Below are positions 1-8,800 of a DNA stretch of 32,000 bases, piece after piece (the stretch's first letter is position 1; each line of letters opens with the position of its first letter). The DNA comes from Gemmata obscuriglobus (GTDB taxonomy: Bacteria > Planctomycetota > Planctomycetia > Gemmatales > Gemmataceae), in NCBI RefSeq assembly GCF_008065095.1, contig NZ_CP042911.1, forward strand, positions 3,960,001-3,992,000, written 5' to 3'. The position numbers and the translations under genes were made by a program. The notes beneath the pieces were generated by a model. That model ran no database searches and had not been told where the DNA came from. It saw only the letters and a list, made by a program, of their open reading frames with translations.

Positions 1-458
1 GCCTGGAGCAACGGGTTGTCTGGACTCATCACGCTACACCCGACCGCACTACCAATCTTCTAAAATTCCAGGCGATCAACTTCCCCGGCTTATTTGTTCC
101 ACGACCAATTTCGCAGTCGTGAGCGGCGGCGTGATCGTGACCCGTTGCCCGGCGGGCGCAACCCTCCGGACGACGTCATGTCACCTGCTGGAGCGAATAT
201 ATGGTCATCAAGAAGCGTAACAGTTCCCTCGCGCGGGAGCAACTCGCCCGCAACCGGCGTCGGCCACGATAACGATGGGGCACCGCTCGACGTGGTGGCC
301 GGCGGGGCGTCCGATCCGCGCCATTTTTCCAGATCCGCCAAAGGGGGGCGGCTCGATCGCGAACCGCCGGCGGGCCGGCGGAATGCGGCCCGAATAATGT
401 GCGGGCGGCCGCTCACAACGTTTATAATGGGCCGCGCACCTCTCGCCCGAGACGACTC

Positions 459-968
459 ATGCGCACGGAATCGGACCTCTTGTCCACGATGCGGGGCGGT
501 ACGCCGTACGCGGGCTTGCGCGGTCTTCGGATACTGATTGTTGATGACAACCGGGACGGCGCGAATTCGCTGTGCGACCTGCTGGCCATTTGCGGCGGCG
601 TGGTTCACGTGCGATACAGCGGCCGGGCGGCCATGGAGGCGATTGCCTCACTGGCGCCCCAAGTTGTCATTCTCGATCTTTCCCTGCCCGATATGAACGG
701 CTGCGAGGTGGCGGCTGAGGTGCGCGCCGCAGACCGCTCGGGCGGGCCGGCCCTGATCGCACTCACGGGCCATGCCGACGACAAGACCCGCGAGCGGGTG
801 GCTCAGTGCGGCTTCGATATGCAGTTCATCAAGCCGGTGGACCCGGGCGAATTGCTGCACGCGATCGGGTCAATGGCGGGTCAGGGTGGTCTCGTTGCGG
901 GGCCGACGGAGCCGCGCTCGGTCTGTTCACAGTCGGAACCGACCGCGGAACCCGGCGGCACCGGGTAA
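459..968 (+). CDS. Stand-alone response regulator receiver (CheY-like REC) protein, about 169 aa
   Basis: ORF 399..968. REC hallmarks in the translation: LRILIVDDNRD (acidic pair), VVILDLSLPDMNG (phospho-acceptor Asp), ALTGH (conserved Thr), FIKPVD (conserved Lys). No output domain, only a P/G/S-rich tail. Start moved to ATG 459 (MRTESD...) because the 399 start adds an R/P-rich leader. The start remains uncertain. Confidence 0.85.
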   Translation: MRTESDLLSTMRGGTPYAGLRGLRILIVDDNRDGANSLCDLLAICGGVVHVRYSGRAAMEAIASLAPQVVILDLSLPDMNGCEVAAEVRAADRSGGPALIALTGHADDKTRERVAQCGFDMQFIKPVDPGELLHAIGSMAGQGGLVAGPTEPRSVCSQSEPTAEPGGTG

Positions 969-1162
969 TTGCTCTGCCTCGGGTCAAACAGTTGAAATTC
1001 GGTTGGGCCTGGGGGCCAGAACGCGGCCCGATCTTCGCATCTGGCCCTGAACTCTCGCCACGCGTTCTAACGCACGGTCCCGACCGATTCAGCCGTTATT
1101 AAAGCGCGGACGCATCACCCGGTCCGTACATTAACAATCACCCTCAGCTCGCGAGTACCATT

Positions 1163-1429
1163 GTGAAATCAAAAGAGCCGTTCAACGCCGAACAACAGGT
1201 CCGCGCCATGCTCGATCGCGGGTGGTTGTGGCGGGACCCGTTGTCCAGCGTCTTGGTCCACCCTCAAGACTACACCCTGTTCGCGGTGTACGATCACGAC
1301 GCCGGGACGCTCACCTACTCGGCGGCGCTGCTCGAAGCCCTCGAACTGGTCATCCCGACCCCACCCCATCAGAGCCGGTACTACTGGCCGGACGAGAACC
1401 GGGCTTACCAAAAAAGCAAACGCTCCTGA
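1163..1429 (+). CDS. Hypothetical small protein (88 aa)
   Basis: GTG-start ORF with mostly G/C at third codon positions. Its composition is balanced (W, Y, D, E, K), unlike the R/G/P-rich antisense ORF 1169..1450. No motif recognised. An internal ATG at 1208 is an alternative start. Confidence 0.45.
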   Translation: MKSKEPFNAEQQVRAMLDRGWLWRDPLSSVLVHPQDYTLFAVYDHDAGTLTYSAALLEALELVIPTPPHQSRYYWPDENRAYQKSKRS

Positions 1430-1601
1430 CGTGCACAGAAGCGCGCTCACTTTTCTTGAACGCCGCAGACAGATTCACTTGCTGCGGACGCGACACAGCG
1501 ACCCGCCGCGGCACGCGGGCGTACGGTCTGACGTGTTCGGGTGGGTTACCCGGCGCTGACTCGATAGAGTGAGGCAGCGGTTCTCTTTACCAGGAGGCGT
1601 A

Positions 1602-1820
1602 ATGGGTTTGCGAATGCGGGTGCACGATCGGGAACCGATCGGTGCGGCCCTGCGGCGTTTCAAAAAGCTGGTCGAGCGCAGCGGGCTGAAGCGCGAGGTC
1701 CGCGCTCACGAGTACTACGTGAAGCCGTGCGAGTTGCGGAACCGGAAAGAGGCGAACCGGTTGCGCGCGATCAAGAAGGCGGCGCTCGGCAAACCGGTCC
1801 GGAAAGAGCGCCCGTTCTGA
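1602..1820 (+). CDS. rpsU: 30S ribosomal protein S21
   Basis: The translation MGLRMRVHDREPIGAALRRFKKLVERSGLKREVRAHEYYVKPCELRNRKEA... matches the S21 pattern (ALRRFK..., E.R....YEKP...R.RK). ATG 1602 is preceded by AGGAGG at 1592-1597. The ORF-track start at 1569 is upstream of this RBS. Confidence 0.9.
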   Translation: MGLRMRVHDREPIGAALRRFKKLVERSGLKREVRAHEYYVKPCELRNRKEANRLRAIKKAALGKPVRKERPF

Positions 1821-1828
1821 GTCGTCAC

Positions 1829-1860
1829 CGCCTCCGAGCTGATGCGTCAACTCGGAGGCG
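1829..1860 (+). terminator. Hairpin 9 nt after the rpsU stop: 10-bp stem CGCCTCCGAG / CTCGGAGGCG with a 12-nt loop
   Basis: Perfect 10-bp inverted repeat read directly from the sequence. It lies between the convergent rpsU and RRM genes. There is no clear U-tract, so terminator function is inferred. Confidence 0.3.
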
Positions 1861-1980
1861 ACCGCCACCAAGATCCCACGGGGTGGCACATCATACGGCC
1901 CGGGAATCCGGCCGCTGCTGACATTCCGATCAACGTTCCCGAAGTGCTTTGCCATCGACAGTTAGTGCCGGCGTCGGTTC

Positions 1981-2265
1981 TCAGTACCGGCGCTCCCCAC
2001 CGCCATTGCTTCGCCCGCCTCCTTCACGCGGCTTGGCTTCGTTGACGGTCAGGCTCCGCCCGTCCAGTTGGGTGCCGTTGAGTGCCTGGATGGCCTGCTC
2101 TCCACCACTGCTCATCTCAACGAACCCGAACCCGCGCGGCCGTCCGGTCTCGCGATCCGTCACGACCTGTACCTTGGTCACCGTGCCGTACTGAGCGAAC
2201 GCTTCGCGGAGTTGCTCCTCGCCAGTTGCGAACGACATGTTGCCGACGAACAAGTTCTTTGCCAC
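1981..2265 (-). CDS. RRM-type (RNP-1) RNA-binding protein with a Gly/Arg-rich tail, 94 aa
   Basis: RNP2 LFVGNM and RNP1 RGFGFVEM motifs are present, and the C-terminal tail reads EGGGRSNGGGERRY. GTG start at 2265, with a GGGGGA purine run a few nt upstream on the minus strand. Confidence 0.9.
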   Translation of the reverse strand: MAKNLFVGNMSFATGEEQLREAFAQYGTVTKVQVVTDRETGRPRGFGFVEMSSGGEQAIQALNGTQLDGRSLTVNEAKPREGGGRSNGGGERRY

Positions 2266-2346
2266 GATCGGTCCCCCGGCCCAGTTGGGCCATCACCTGC
2301 ACGCGGGCGGGAAGTACCGCCCGGTCTCATGATATCCTGGTACGGG

Positions 2347-2399
2347 TGAAAAGGAGACTTATTTATATAAAAATAAATATTTGATCGAAAAAGTAAAAT
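2347..2399. promoter_or_regulatory. About 50-nt strongly AT-rich island in the divergent spacer between the RRM gene and ORF 2398
   Basis: The sequence tgaaaaggagacttatttatataaaaataaatatttgatcgaaaaagtaaa stands out sharply against the GC-rich surroundings and contains several TATAAA/TAAAAT-like hexamers. A promoter or UP-element role is inferred, not shown. Confidence 0.35.
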
Positions 2400-2733
2400 G
2401 CCCGCGGATTACGTGACGCGTCCGGGGCGGGGTGTGGTATCCTGCGAACTGTCGCAGCACATCGTAACGGGAGCCGAAATGCAAGAACAGCAAACCACAG
2501 CGTTCCTGACGTGGTTGACAGAAGGTGGCCGGGCGCGGCTGCGGTTCCAGACGGAAATGCCGGGAGCGTCGAGTGAGCTGTGGCTGGGCGCGGTGGTGGT
2601 GACCCGCGCCGACCTGTCCCGCATCGCGCGGCACTGGTCGGGTCTGACGGTGGACGCAGCGGGTACGCTGGTTGACCAGTGTATCGCCCGGGTGCGGGCT
2701 TCAGAGGGGGGCGAGTGGCGGCCCGCGGTCTAG
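2398..2733 (+). CDS. Hypothetical small protein (111 aa, or 84 aa from ATG 2479)
   Basis: GC3-rich ORF with plausible composition (MQEQQTTAFLTWLTEGG...VVVTRADLSRIARHW...). No recognisable motif. The antisense ORF 2363..2761 is P/R/A-rich and looks like a shadow. Confidence 0.4.
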   Translation: MPADYVTRPGRGVVSCELSQHIVTGAEMQEQQTTAFLTWLTEGGRARLRFQTEMPGASSELWLGAVVVTRADLSRIARHWSGLTVDAAGTLVDQCIARVRASEGGEWRPAV

Positions 2734-2816
2734 CCGTCGGCGGATCTGCAGAGTCGCTCACGGTTCAGAAATATCGCTGTGGTGGGTACCACAGCAGCGG
2801 CCGAGAAGCGATCGGC

Positions 2817-4247
2817 CTAGCCGATGGTGACCCGGTCGCCGGGGACCGGCACCGCCACGTCGTCGAACCCCAGCCCGCGAAGCGTGTCGGCCAGCGCGTC
2901 CGCCTGCTCGCGCTCCCCGTGGATCAGGCGAACCTTCCCGACCTGCCCCGCCAGTCCCTTCAGGTACGCCGTGAAATCGTTCTTGTCCGCGTGCCCGCTG
3001 AACCCGTCCAGGTGAACCACCTCGATCCACTTGTTCCAGTCGCGGCCTTGAAACCGCACCGTCGGCTTCGGCTCCATCAGCTTCCGGCCCACGGTCCCCG
3101 GTGCCTGGAAGCTCACGAGGATGATGCTGCAGCGCGGGTCGTCGACCAGCTGCTTCAGGTGCTGCTGGATGCGCCCCGCGTCGCACATCCCGCTCGACGC
3201 GATGATCACGGCCGGGCCGGACCGGGTCGCCAGCAGGGTGCTCTCCTCGAAATCCCGCACGTAGGTGACGCCGTCCCCGCCGAGCAACCCGTGCCCCTCG
3301 CGAAGCGCCTGTGCGATCTCCGCGGACAGGCTGTTCGGGTGCGCCCGGTACACCTCCGCCACCTCCGACGCCAGCGGGCTGTCGACGTACACCGGCATCT
3401 TCGGGATCTTCCCCTCGCGCAGCCCTTGCTGGAGGACGTGAATGATGAGCTGCGTCCGCCCGAGGCTGAACGCCGGGACCAGCACTTTCCCGCCGCGCTC
3501 GACGGTGTCGCGGATCGCGGCGTAGAGCTTCGTCACGGTTTCGGCGAACGAGCGGTGCAGCCGGTTCCCGTAAGTGCTCTCACAGACCAGCACGTCCGCG
3601 GGGGGGACGGCGCCGGTGGGCTTGAGGATCGGCAGCCCGCGGCGGCCCATGTCGCCGCTGAAGGTGAGCGTGCGGTCGCGGTCCGGCGCCGCGATCGTCG
3701 CGTGGACCATCGCGGAGCCGAGCACGTGCCCGGCCTCAATGAACCGGAACCGCACGGTCTTCGTCACGTCGGCCTCGCGGCCGTAGGGCACCGACACCAG
3801 CCGCGTGAACACCTTCTCCACGTCGTGGACCGTGTACAGCGGCTGCACCCACGGCTCGGCGTAGTTCCGCGCGATGTTGATGTGCGCCGCGTCCTCTTCC
3901 TGGATCTTGGCGCTGTCGGCCAGCATCACCCGGAGCAGGTCCCGGGTGGGCGGCGTGCAGTAGATCGGCCCGTCGAACCCTTGGCGGATCAGCGTCGGCA
4001 GGTTGCCACAGTGGTCGATGTGGGCGTGGCTGACGATAACCGCATCGATCTGATGGGCGTGAAACGGGAAGTGCCCGTTCCGCTGGCGGGCTTCTTCGCG
4101 GCGCCCCTGGTGGAGGCCGCAGTCGAGCAGGATCTTGTGGTTCCCGGTCTCAATGAGGTGCATGGAGCCGGTGACGCCACCGGCGGCGCCCCAGAAGGTC
4201 AGTGTTGGGTCCGAGGTCGACGGACCGGGTGTCGCGGTGGGTTTCAT
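2817..4247 (-). CDS. MBL-fold beta-CASP family hydrolase, probable ribonuclease (RNase J/CPSF-like), 476 aa
   Basis: Metallo-beta-lactamase motif HAHIDHCGNLP is present, followed by ESTYG, a beta-CASP-like middle region and FSGHADKND near the C-terminus. This order is typical of beta-CASP RNA-metabolising MBL proteins. Confidence 0.85.
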   Translation of the reverse strand: MKPTATPGPSTSDPTLTFWGAAGGVTGSMHLIETGNHKILLDCGLHQGRREEARQRNGHFPFHAHQIDAVIVSHAHIDHCGNLPTLIRQGFDGPIYCTPPTRDLLRVMLADSAKIQEEDAAHINIARNYAEPWVQPLYTVHDVEKVFTRLVSVPYGREADVTKTVRFRFIEAGHVLGSAMVHATIAAPDRDRTLTFSGDMGRRGLPILKPTGAVPPADVLVCESTYGNRLHRSFAETVTKLYAAIRDTVERGGKVLVPAFSLGRTQLIIHVLQQGLREGKIPKMPVYVDSPLASEVAEVYRAHPNSLSAEIAQALREGHGLLGGDGVTYVRDFEESTLLATRSGPAVIIASSGMCDAGRIQQHLKQLVDDPRCSIILVSFQAPGTVGRKLMEPKPTVRFQGRDWNKWIEVVHLDGFSGHADKNDFTAYLKGLAGQVGKVRLIHGEREQADALADTLRGLGFDDVAVPVPGDRVTIG

Positions 4248-4443
4248 TCACCCATTCTAACCTGCCGACCGGTAACCACAAAGACGCGAGCCGAGCGGTT
4301 CGGGCCGGCTCACGGGATACGAGAGGTATGCACAACCCGCAGGACCGACACACCTGAATCCCGGCGCGTGCGATTCGAGGGTAGCGACCGCCCGCCGCAC
4401 TCTTCCGGCGCTCTTCATTCCCGGACACGCGGGCCGTTTACGA

Positions 4444-4486
4444 ATACGATCCCCGGGCACGAGAAAGCCGCGCCCGGGGATCGTAT
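4444..4486. repeat. Perfect 15-bp inverted repeat ATACGATCCCCGGGC / GCCCGGGGATCGTAT with a 13-nt spacer; candidate operator or 5' UTR hairpin
   Basis: Read directly from the sequence. It ends 42 nt upstream of the SDR start codon (4529), in the divergent spacer shared with the beta-CASP gene. The structure is certain; the function is not. Confidence 0.5.
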
Positions 4487-4528
4487 AAACTGCCTGCCGC
4501 CTCAGCCGTGCGAACGAGGAGCCAGTCA

Positions 4529-5272
4529 ATGGGTCAGCCGCTCAAAGGGAAACGCGCTCTGGTCACCGGTGGGAGCCGTGGGATCGGGGCCGCCATCGTG
4601 AAACGCCTCGCAAAGGAGGGAGCGGACGTGGCGCTCACCTTCGTCAGCAAGCCGGACGAGGCCGGGCAGGTGGCCGAGGCGGCCAAGGCCCTCGGCGTGC
4701 GGGCGCTGGCGATTCAGGCCGATGCCTCGGATGCCGACGCGGTCATTAAAGCGGTCGAGCAGGCGGCGAACGAGTTCGGCGGGCTCGACATCCTGGTGAA
4801 CAATGCCGGCATCGCCACGATGGGGCCGATCGACTCGTTCTCCCTCGCGGACTTCGACCGGACGTTCGCGGTCAACGTGCGGGCCGCGTTCGTGGCCGCG
4901 CAGGCGGCGGTGAAACACATGGCGGAGGGCGGGCGGGTCATCAACATCGGCAGTTGTAACGCCGAGCGGATGCCGTTCCAGGGCGGCGCGGTGTACGCCA
5001 TGAGCAAGTCGGCGTTGTTGGGCCTGGTACAGGGACTGGCGCGCGACCTCGGGCCGCGTGGCATTACGGTCAACAACGTGCAGCCGGGGCCGGTGGACAC
5101 GGACATGAACCCCGCCAACGGCGCGTTCGCCGAATCTCTGAAAGCGCTGATGGCGCTACCGCGGTACGGGCACGTCGACGAGGTGGCGGCGATGGTCGCG
5201 TACCTGGCCGGACCGGAATCCGGGTTCGTGACCGGGGCCAGCCTGACCATCGACGGTGGGTTCACCGCGTGA
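4529..5272 (+). CDS. Short-chain dehydrogenase/reductase (SDR) family oxidoreductase, 247 aa
   Basis: Motifs TGGSRGIGAAI (TGxxxGxG cofactor site), NNAG and YAMSKSAL (YxxxK catalytic pair). ATG 4529 is preceded by GAGGAG at 4515-4520. Confidence 0.9.
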   Translation: MGQPLKGKRALVTGGSRGIGAAIVKRLAKEGADVALTFVSKPDEAGQVAEAAKALGVRALAIQADASDADAVIKAVEQAANEFGGLDILVNNAGIATMGPIDSFSLADFDRTFAVNVRAAFVAAQAAVKHMAEGGRVINIGSCNAERMPFQGGAVYAMSKSALLGLVQGLARDLGPRGITVNNVQPGPVDTDMNPANGAFAESLKALMALPRYGHVDEVAAMVAYLAGPESGFVTGASLTIDGGFTA

Positions 5273-5424
5273 GTGACGGCACGGTCCTGTGGAATGGGAG
5301 CTGCTGATCAGAAGTCGGGCGGTTCAGTGAAGACTGGCAGAGGATGTGTTGTTCGGTCTCTGGGGCTCCCGCCGCGAGTGTCGGCGGGCCTCCAGTCTTT
5401 CTTTGCAATCGTGAGCGGGAACTC

Positions 5425-5568
5425 TTACACGTCCTCTCGGGCATCTTTACCGAGTGCGGCCCACAGGGCTGACAGGTCATGAACCGTGGTATCGCGATCC
5501 GGTACGTTCGGGCACCCGTCATCAGCCAGGCGGTACAGGTCAGTGCGGTCGACGGTGTCGTTCTGCAT
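5425..5568 (-). CDS. Candidate small ORF (47 aa: MQNDTVDRTDLYRLADDGCPNVPDRDTTVHDLSALWAALGKDAREDV)
   Basis: Below the ORF-track size cutoff; I translated it by hand. It has an ATG start with GAGG about 8 nt upstream and mostly G/C third positions. No homology information is available. It lies in an otherwise non-coding 545-nt spacer. Confidence 0.25.
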   Translation of the reverse strand: MQNDTVDRTDLYRLADDGCPNVPDRDTTVHDLSALWAALGKDAREDV

Positions 5569-5817
5569 GGTACGGCCTCTGCGTTTGTGCGACGCCCGGG
5601 AATCCTATCCTTGCGTCCCCGGCGATAGATGTAACCGCAACCTGCGTGCCAAGAGGACTGTTGAAATACTGACCGGGCCTCCTTTCCTGAACGCGTGCTC
5701 TCCCATGCCAAAGACGCTTAAATAGTACCCTTCATTCTGCGGTCGGCACGGAGCAACTACCGCCGCCGCGTTCTCCATTCAGCCAGCGTTCGGCGGCGTG
5801 GGCGGATTCGTTTCGCT

Positions 5818-8800
5818 TTAGGGTGCCGGGGCCGGCGCCCCGGGCGGGTTCGGCCCGCCCGCCCCGGGTGGGGTTTGCGCGTCGGCAGGCGGCTTCGCCG
5901 TTTCGCCCCCGACGAGCCAGCGCTCGATCAGGTAGTAGAACACCGGCGTTAACGCGAGCCCGAAGAAGGTCACCCCGAGCATCCCGCTGAACACCGCGAT
6001 GCCGAGCGTGCGTCGCATCTCGGCTCCGGCACCTTCGGCCAGCACGAGCGGCACCACGCCAAGAATGAACGCGAAGCTGGTCATCACGATCGGCCGCAGC
6101 CGGAGCCGTACCGACTCCAGGATCGCCTCACGCAGCCCCTTACCCTCGTGCCGCTGCTGTTCAGCGAACTCCACGATCAGAATGGCGTTCTTGCACGCCA
6201 GCCCGACCAGCACCACGAACCCGATCTGCGTGAAGATGTTGATCTCCGGTGCCACCGCCGGCACCAGCAGCGCGAAGCCGTAAATCCCGCCGATCGCCGA
6301 CAGGATGCACATCGGCACCACGAGGATGATGGCGAACGGGAGGGACCAACTGTTGTACAACCCGGCCAGCACCAGGTACACGAGTACCACCGCGCCCATG
6401 AACGCGTAAATCGCGGTGCTCCCTTCCTGGTTCTGAAGGAACGAGATGTCGGTCCACTCGTACCCCGTCTGGCTGGACATCGAACGCTCCGCGGCCTCGG
6501 TCACCAGTTGGATGCCGGTGCCGGTACTCGTACCGGGGGCCAGGTTCCCGTTCACCGCCGCGGCCGGGAACGTGTTGTACCGCTGGATCACCACCGGCCC
6601 GGTGACGTCCTGGATCTTCGCGACCGACCCCAGCGGCACCATCTCGCCGCGGTCGTTCCGGACGCGGAGGTTGCGGATGGTGTCGGCGCTCATGCGGTAC
6701 GGCGCGTCCGCCTGGGCGGTCACCTGCCAGTTGCGCCCGAACCGGTTGAAGTCGTTCACATACGTCCCGCCGAGGTACACCTGGAGCGTGGCGAACACGT
6801 CGGCCAGCGGGACGCCCATCTGCCGGCACCGCACGCGGTCCACGTCGACGAACAGTTGTGGCACGTTGGCCCGGTACACGGTGAACGACGCCCCCAGCGC
6901 CGGGTTCTGGTTGATCTCGCGGATGAGCGCGTTAGTCTCGCGCTGGAGCCCCTCCGGCCCGAGGTCGCCGCGGTCTTCCACCATGATCCGGTATCCGCCA
7001 GCGGAGCCCAGGCCCCGCACCGGGGGCGGCGGTAGGATCAGTACCTGCGCGTCCTGTACCTCGCGGAGGATCTTCGCGTTCAGGTCGCGCAGGATCATGA
7101 ATCCGTTACGCGAGATGTCCCCCTTGCGCGCCTCGAACGGCTCCAGGATCACGAACATGGTGCCAAAGTTCGACCCGGTCGCTCCTAACACGAACGACTG
7201 GCCCGTCACCGTGAGCGTGTTCGACACCCCGGGCTGCGCGCGAACGATGTCGTCGATCCGCTGCATCACCGCGCGGCTGCGCTGCGCCGACGCTGCGTCC
7301 GGGAGCTGCACCGACACGAGCAAGTAGCCTTGGTCCTGCGGCGGGATGTAGCCCGTGGGAGTGCGCGCGAACCCGGTGTACGTCAGCGCGAGCAGCCCGG
7401 CGTAAATGGCCAAGACGATCAGGGCACCGCGCAAAAGCTGGCGGACGGCCCAGGTGTAGCCGTGTGCGGTCTTGTCGAACCCGCGGTTGAATAGCGCGTA
7501 GAACCGCCGCAGGAGTGCGTTCGCCCGCGGCCCGACGAGCCAGCCCACGACCGCACCGGGGATCATGTACAGGGCGTGCGCCCCGATCCACTGCGCCCAC
7601 AGCTTCACGCTGGTCGGGTTGAGGGCCAGCGCGGGCGTCTGCGGCGGCACCAGCCGGAGCGGGCCGAACAGCGCGACTAGCAGCCTGTAGCCCGCGTAAC
7701 CGATCAGAAGCGCCCAACCCCACCGCGGGAGCGTTTCCGTCGTCTCGTGCGCGGTCTTCTCGCGCCCGCGGAAGATCGCCGCCGCCCGCGACGGGGTCAG
7801 TGTCATCGCGTTCAGTGCCGAAATCATCATCGCCACAGAGATCGTCAGCGCGAACTGGCGGAAGAACTGCCCCGTCACCCCGCCCAGGAACGCGCTCGGG
7901 AGGAACACGCTGCTGAGCACCAGCGTGATCGCAATGATCGGCCCCGTGATTTCGGACATCGCCTTCAATGTGGCGTCGCGGGCGTTCAGACCCTGCGCGA
8001 TCCACCGCTCCACGTTCTCCAGCACCACGATGGCGTCGTCCACCACAATGCCGATGGCCAGCACCAGCCCGAACAGGGTGAGGTTGTTGAGCGAGAACCC
8101 GAACACGTACATCACCGCCAGCGTGCCCACCAGCGACACCGGCACGTCGATCATCGGCAGGATCATCGCTCGCCAGTCCTGCAGGAACAGCAGCACCACG
8201 ATCGCGACCAGCAGCGTGGCGTCGAAGAGCGTGTTGTACACCTCTTCCACCGACTGCTCGATGAACGGGGTGGTGTCGTACCGCACCGCCACCTCGACGC
8301 CCGGCGGGAACCGCTTCTTAAGCTGCTCGATCTTGGCCTTCACCCGGTCGGCCACGTCGAGCGCGTTGGCGCCGGGCAGCGCGAAGATCGCGAGCCCTAC
8401 CGAAGCCTTCCCGTCCAGGGTGTTCGTGATGTCCTGGGTGCGGGCCGTTAGCTCCACGCGGGCCACGTCCCCCAGGCGCACGATGGGCCGCAGCAGGGCG
8501 TCGGACGGCGGCGCGGGCGTCGGACTGGTCGGGACGGCGGACATACCACCGTTAGTCGCACTGGCGGAGTCCCCGCCGGTTGAGGCGGAGCCGGCCTGCG
8601 ACGAGGCGGTGGCCCCGGACTTGACCACGATGTTGCGGAACTGTTCGACCGTTTCGAGCCGCCCGAGCGCGTTGAGCGTGTACTGGAACGCCACCCCGGG
8701 CGTTGCCGGCTCGGCCCCCACCCGACCGGCCGCGACCTGCACGTTCTGCTCGCGCATCGCGTTCACCACGTCCGACGCCGAGAGGCTGTTGGCGGCGAGC

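Noticed and set aside
1-29. Possible start (CAT at 27-29, reading MSPDNPLLQA leftward) of a minus-strand gene leaving the window
   Set aside because: Only 9 codons are visible, which is not enough to support a call.
423-428. TATAAT hexamer 31 nt upstream of the response regulator ATG as a -10 box
   Set aside because: No acceptable -35 element lies at the right spacing, and promoter consensus in this lineage is unknown to me. It is noted but not called.
90-608. Overlapping ORFs 90..608 (minus) and 94..537 (plus) in the 370 nt upstream of the response regulator
   Set aside because: Neither has a convincing composition (both are R/S/P/G-rich) or a convincing GC3 pattern, and both run into the REC gene. 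I cannot tell whether this stretch is a long 5' UTR/promoter region or holds a small gene. It is left unannotated.
2679-4601. 640-aa plus-strand ORF antisense to the beta-CASP gene
   Set aside because: Its composition is R/A/G/P/H/V/L-rich with no motifs, and it overlaps a gene with clear MBL/beta-CASP signatures on the other strand. This is a typical stop-free shadow frame in GC-rich DNA.
5262-5711. 149-aa minus-strand ORF and small plus-strand ORFs (5273..5482, 5454..5672, 5486..5725) in the SDR-RND spacer
   Set aside because: They have no GC3 bias, odd C/R/S/T-rich compositions and no RBS. Only the hand-found 47-codon ORF at 5425-5568 has coding-like features.
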